Below are positions 59,683 through 64,000 of a stretch of 64,000 nucleotides of DNA, piece after piece. The position numbers and the translations under genes are program-made. The stretch is taken from contig JANZKC010000001.1 of assembly GCA_025061115.1 (NCBI GenBank), positions 736,001-800,000 on the forward strand. The letters run 5' to 3'. The stretch is from Candidatus Culexmicrobium cathedralense. GTDB lineage: Archaea > Thermoproteota > Methanomethylicia > Culexarchaeales > Culexmicrobiaceae. The number at the start of each line of letters is the position of its first letter. The first letter of the stretch is position 1. The notes beneath the pieces are model-generated. The model saw nothing but the letters and a program-made list of their open reading frames with translations. It was not told the origin of the DNA and did not search any database.

Positions 59683-59836
59683 GGGACCCCCTTTAGGGGG
59701 CAGCATGCCGTAGCTCAGCAAGGTAGAGCGGCGGGCTCCAGAGCGCATAGGTAGAATTTGACCGGAAGGGATGATGTAGCTCTGGAGCGCGGGAGCAACC
59801 CGTTGGTCGTGGGTTCAAGTCCCACCGGCCCCACCA
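59683..59836 (+). tRNA. tRNA-Trp(CCA) with two introns (3/4: 59686-59706; 37/38: 59742-59797)
   Basis: Removing both introns gives a GGGGCCG/CGGCCCC acceptor, GCGGG-CTCCAGA-CCCGT anticodon arm and ACCA end; BHB-type pairing at both. Confidence 0.9.
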
Positions 59837-59956
59837 ATAATCACATCTAACTTCTAGCTTAACAGCAGGCGTCTAGTTCAATGTAAGTAATATAAAATTC
59901 GAATATGCCAAATAGGCTATTAGCTGTTTAGAAGCATATTACATCGAGGTGGAAAA

Positions 59957-60667
59957 TTGAGTACTGATAAGGCTAAGCTCATGGCTGCTAAGGCAGCTTT
60001 AAAGCACATATCATCCGGGCTAGTCGTAGGGCTTGGCTCCGGCTCTACCGTCGAAATTTTCATTGAGGAACTTGCCAAGGAAGTAAAGCGCAGGAAGCTG
60101 GAGATCCAAGTAATTCCTTCATCATATCAAGTATTATTCCTGGCGCATAAGCATGGGCTGGAAGTTAAATTGCCGAGCGACGTAGAAAGAGTCGATATAG
60201 CCATCGATGGTGCTGACGAAATAGATCCAAAGTTGAATCTGCTTAAGGGTGGCGGCGCAGCTCTAGTGCGAGAAAAAATTGTTGCTTATATGGCTGAGAA
60301 GTATGTGATAATCGCAGATTACACGAAATTAGTTGAAAGGCTTGGGGAGAAAAAACCCATTCCAGTAGAGATACTTCCTTTTGCTTGGAAATGGACCCTT
60401 AATCACCTCAAGAAATATGGTGATGTAAAAATAAGGATGGCAAAAGGCGGAAAAGTTGGGCCAATAGTGACAGATAACGGCAATTTCATAGCGGATCTGT
60501 ACGTAAAGACAGTTGACGCCCCCGAAATACTCGAAAGGGAAATCAAGAGAATACCAGGGGTTATAGAGGTCGGGATTTTCACTGGGTTAACTGATGTCGC
60601 GTACATTGGCCATGTTGATAGTGTTGAGGTTCTCACTTCAAAGCAGCGGGTAAGTACTATCAATTAA
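59957..60667 (+). CDS. rpiA: Ribose-5-phosphate isomerase A
   Basis: GLGSGST, DGADE, KGGGAA..REK and TDNGN motifs. Confidence 0.96.
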   Translation: MSTDKAKLMAAKAALKHISSGLVVGLGSGSTVEIFIEELAKEVKRRKLEIQVIPSSYQVLFLAHKHGLEVKLPSDVERVDIAIDGADEIDPKLNLLKGGGAALVREKIVAYMAEKYVIIADYTKLVERLGEKKPIPVEILPFAWKWTLNHLKKYGDVKIRMAKGGKVGPIVTDNGNFIADLYVKTVDAPEILEREIKRIPGVIEVGIFTGLTDVAYIGHVDSVEVLTSKQRVSTIN

Positions 60668-60709
60668 CTTTGGTGTTAAGAACTATGCTGTGGGCATCAT
60701 AGGGAGTAT

Positions 60710-60802
60710 TGGAGCCCCGGGCGGGATTTGAACCCGCGACCAACGGCTTACGAGGCTCGGCGCCAAAGGCTCCGCCGCTCTGCCGGACTGAGCTACCGGG
60801 GC
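60710..60802 (-). tRNA. tRNA-Thr(CGT) with 16-nt intron at 30/31 (60756-60771)
   Basis: Strict BHB GAG-CGGC-GGA-GCC-ttt-GGC-GCCG-AGC-CTC; spliced arm GCGGC-CTCGTAA-GCCGT; TCCA end. Confidence 0.92.
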
Positions 60803-60964
60803 ATTTATATCCATATGCCCCATGACTGAAATAAAACTTAAAATTTTTGTATATGTCCTGATAGGCTAAACTTAATGCCCCCTAGAACTTAGAAAGACTT
60901 AGATAAGATAAGCACCTTAGGATTGAGTGAATTAAAATGAGGAGCAATACATGGAGGAAGTTAA

Positions 60965-62119
60965 ATGGGCGGTGTAGCTGTGACTGCAAAATATAATATT
61001 CGCGTTCACTTTGAAGTAGAGGGTATTGTTGAAAAGCCAGATGTTATCGGGGCAATATTTGGTCAAACAGAAGGATTGTTAGGAGACGAGCTTGATCTAA
61101 GGGAGCTGCAGAGAACTGGAAGAATCGGCAGAATACAAGTCCACTTAGAGACGAAGGGAGGAAAAACTTCGGGAGCCGTCATTATACCGTCAAGCTTGGG
61201 CAGAGTGGAAACAGCACTAATCGCAGCAGCCATTGAAACAATAGACAAAGTGGGACCATGCACTGCGAAATTCACACTTAAGGATATAGAGGATCTAAGA
61301 GAAGAGAAGAGAAGGTGGGTAATTGAGCGCGCAAAAGAAATATTGCTTAAATGGGAACAGGAAAAAATTCCTGAAACTAAAGAGCTCATTGAAAACCTAC
61401 TTCGTGAAATTAGAGTTGCAGAAATCATAAAGTTTGGAGATGAAGGATTGCCTGCAGGGCCGGATGTCCCCCACGAGGACACAATAATTATCGTAGAGGG
61501 TAGAGCTGATGTGTTAAATCTATTGAAACACGGCTATAGAAACGCCATAGCAATTGAAGGAACATCGATACCAAAAACAATTATTGAACTTAGCAAGAAA
61601 AAGAAAACCATAGCCTTCGTAGATGGAGATAGGGCAGGAGAACTAATTTTAAAGGAGCTACTTCAGGTAGCAGATATCGATTACATTGCTCGCGCTCCAC
61701 CTGGGAAAGAAGTAGAAGAATTAACTGCTAAGGAGATAGTCAAGTGCTTATCAAGCTTAACTCCTGCAGGCCAGTTTCTATCTCAGTTAGAAAAAGCCAA
61801 ACAAAAAGCTAGAGTAACATATGTACCGCAAATTCCTGATCATGCCATTAGAAAGGCCAAGGAAATCATAGGAACACTAAAGGCAGTAATATATGATAAA
61901 AGGTGGAAAGCAATTAAGGAAATTTCAGTTAGGGATCTAGCAGAACAACTACAGAAAATTGAAAACGTCTATGCAATAGTATTTGACGGAATAATAACAC
62001 AACGACTAGTTGACATCGCAGGGGAAAAAGGAGTAAACTTAATTGTTGGAGCAAGAATTGGAAGCATAACTAAACGGCCAGCAACACTCACACTACTAAC
62101 ATTCGAAAACATAATTTAA
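60965..62119 (+). CDS. dnaG: Archaeal DnaG (primase-like, exosome-associated)
   Basis: DVIGAIFGQTEGLLG, VEGRADV and DGDR.G motifs. Confidence 0.95.
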   Translation: MGGVAVTAKYNIRVHFEVEGIVEKPDVIGAIFGQTEGLLGDELDLRELQRTGRIGRIQVHLETKGGKTSGAVIIPSSLGRVETALIAAAIETIDKVGPCTAKFTLKDIEDLREEKRRWVIERAKEILLKWEQEKIPETKELIENLLREIRVAEIIKFGDEGLPAGPDVPHEDTIIIVEGRADVLNLLKHGYRNAIAIEGTSIPKTIIELSKKKKTIAFVDGDRAGELILKELLQVADIDYIARAPPGKEVEELTAKEIVKCLSSLTPAGQFLSQLEKAKQKARVTYVPQIPDHAIRKAKEIIGTLKAVIYDKRWKAIKEISVRDLAEQLQKIENVYAIVFDGIITQRLVDIAGEKGVNLIVGARIGSITKRPATLTLLTFENII

Positions 62120-62179
62120 TTTATTACCGCCCAAACCAATAATATTTTGATTTGAAAAGAGCTGCCGAAGGCGAGAATA

Positions 62180-63430
62180 TTGGAAAATGAGAGAGTTAAA
62201 AAGTTATTTGATGATTTTAAGTGTGCAGCTGAAACCCTCAAAGAGAAAGCTGTTGAGAAAGTGCATATAATTTATCATGATGACGCAGATGGAGTGACAG
62301 CAGCAGCCATATTAAAAGCATCACTTGAAAGAAGGCAAATTCAAGTTAAAATGATATGCATTGAAAAGCTCTACCCAGAAATCATCGAAAAACTACATAG
62401 CGAGAAAGGCAAAGTCTACATTTATGCAGATATCGGAGCACCTCATGCAGATAGGATATCCAGCGTAAACAAGGGAAGAAATCTAACTATAATACTAGAT
62501 CACCACGACACCTTACTCTCATCAGATCCAGCAGTGATCAACTTGGATCCAGAGCTTTATGGAATTAGCGGAGAGGAGGAAGCTAGCGGCGCAACTGTTT
62601 GCTACCTCTTCTCTAAAATTCTCTCTGAAAGAAATGTTGACTTAGCGCATTTAGCAGTAATTGGCTCATCAGAGATACCAGGCCCAGTTAGAGGCTTAAA
62701 CTTGATAGCTTTAGAAGATGCTTTAAAGGTCGGAACTATCCAAGTGAAGCAAGTAAATGAAGAAAAGAAGTATTTAGTTACAGCTTATGGGAGGCCTGAG
62801 CCTAGAGAGAAGATAGCATCTAAATTGACAGCCATGGCAGCAATTGGATACTACATAGGCGGCCCTAAAAGGGCAGTAAATGCTTGTCTATCAGGTTTTT
62901 CGGAGAGAGACTTGCAATTTATTAAGGAGCTCGATCAACAGCGCAGGAAAGTAAATCGACAACTCATAGCAAAACTCAAACATTCAGGCATTCGACAAGC
63001 TAGATTTGTCCAGTGGTTTCACGCCTACGACGCCTACAAGGGCATGGGAGTAAAAACCATAGGTACCTTCTGTAGCTACTTATCATTTCAAAAGTGGATT
63101 AACCAAGGGAAGTATTTGATCGGCTTCATGTACATGTCCAGAGTCATACCTGAATTAGGAGAATTAAGTAGGGATTACGTTAAATTTTCGGCAAGAGTCC
63201 CTAAACAATTAGCTCTAGCAATAAGGGATGGACGAATGCCACCTATATCAACAGCACTATCAGAAGCTGCCAAGGTATTTGGAGGATTCGCGGATGGGCA
63301 TGACGTTGCAGCATCGGGGGTAATACCTAGGGGTTTCGAAAAAGAGTTCATCAAGAAATTAGATGAAATCATTTCAAGATGTGCCGCAAGTTCATCGCCG
63401 TTTAAACCAAAAGTCCAGCGTTACAGTTGA
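62180..63430 (+). CDS. DHH-family phosphoesterase (RecJ-like)
   Basis: HDDADG, ADIG, LDHH and C-terminal DGH..AASG. Confidence 0.85.
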   Translation: MENERVKKLFDDFKCAAETLKEKAVEKVHIIYHDDADGVTAAAILKASLERRQIQVKMICIEKLYPEIIEKLHSEKGKVYIYADIGAPHADRISSVNKGRNLTIILDHHDTLLSSDPAVINLDPELYGISGEEEASGATVCYLFSKILSERNVDLAHLAVIGSSEIPGPVRGLNLIALEDALKVGTIQVKQVNEEKKYLVTAYGRPEPREKIASKLTAMAAIGYYIGGPKRAVNACLSGFSERDLQFIKELDQQRRKVNRQLIAKLKHSGIRQARFVQWFHAYDAYKGMGVKTIGTFCSYLSFQKWINQGKYLIGFMYMSRVIPELGELSRDYVKFSARVPKQLALAIRDGRMPPISTALSEAAKVFGGFADGHDVAASGVIPRGFEKEFIKKLDEIISRCAASSSPFKPKVQRYS

Positions 63431-64000
63431 AGGAGGCTTAAGTATAGAATCTTCTGTGAAGCCGAAGACTGACAATACGCGTAAAGCTGATGGCAAGATC
63501 TGCTTGGAGACATAGTAATCTAAGTCTAAGTCATCATAATCGGCCATAAAGTAAGGCTTGGCTCTATCGGAAAGCCTCTTCGATGTTCCTTTAATTATCA
63601 CGAAGCCAACCTTATCTCCAACTTCAAGGGAATACCCTGCGCTTAGTAGCATTCTTGCAACTCTTACGTGGGGAGCGTCAACTTCATACTCGTTAAGGGA
63701 TTTTGCCAGTGTTTTCCAGATTATTAGCTTCTCAAAGGGAACTCGCTTAGACCTCAAATCATCAACTACTTTTCTAACATATTCTGCAGCTGCGCTTGGG
63801 GATCTTCGCTTTAAAATTATTTCAATTACTTTGAGCTGCACTTCTTGTGCAAGTTCGCACCAGTCTCCACGTACAGCCTCGAAACCGATAACCTCAACAC
63901 GCCCATCTTGAAGGAGACCGGCGTACCGCTTAGCAGCTTCAGTGAATATGCATGCTTCGTAAATTTTATCAATTTTAATTTCCAGCCCAATTTCTCTCTC
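63392..64000 (-). CDS. polB: Family B DNA polymerase (PolB3-like), 3' part
   Basis: Manual extension to the window edge gives FTEAAKRYAGL..GFEAVRGDWCELA; also YY..KQILP and a PIP-like TLDFWF. Confidence 0.92.
   Translation of the reverse strand, partial: EREIGLEIKIDKIYEACIFTEAAKRYAGLLQDGRVEVIGFEAVRGDWCELAQEVQLKVIEIILKRRSPSAAAEYVRKVVDDLRSKRVPFEKLIIWKTLAKSLNEYEVDAPHVRVARMLLSAGYSLEVGDKVGFVIIKGTSKRLSDRAKPYFMADYDDLDLDYYVSKQILPSALRVLSVFGFTEDSILKPPSTVTLDFWFKRR

Noticed and set aside
1-64000. CRISPR arrays, transposases, and the many antisense/nested ORFs in the track (e.g. 31440-32168, 46680-47357, 51426-51992)
   Set aside because: No regularly spaced repeats or transposase motifs seen; the nested ORFs are shadows of well-supported genes.

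Overview
Mostly core-genome DNA from a TACK/Thermoproteota-type archaeon. The assignment rests on rps30e, a stand-alone TFE-beta, a lone 5S rRNA and BHB tRNA introns. The window carries translation and RNA-modification genes (trm1, trm14, trm112, rlmE, flpA/nop5, gar1, thg1), tfb, dnaG, the polB 3' end, two thermosome subunits, the archaeal mevalonate genes (AcnX-type pair plus UbiD), pyrD/K, 5S rRNA and 7 tRNAs. No CRISPR array, transposase or integrase was seen. The best candidate for an undescribed system is a tightly packed 7-gene minus-strand operon at 9448-14074. It encodes two membrane proteins, a degenerate HerA/VirB4(CedB)-like protein with a C-terminal winged helix, an unknown protein, a divergent full-length RadA, a SWIM zinc finger and an inactive RecA-fold paralog. 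It faces a membrane-anchored ArsR-type regulator across palindromic DNA, suggesting a Shu-complex-like recombination module coupled to a possible DNA-import apparatus. Other highlights: a tRNA-Trp with an acceptor-stem (3/4) intron whose BHB is built with the 5' leader, a tandem H/ACA-like RNA with each unit clamped by an outer stem, gene-conversion tracts between convergent thermosome genes, and a DC2/OSTC-like membrane protein. All family calls come from motif recognition by eye; no searches were run.
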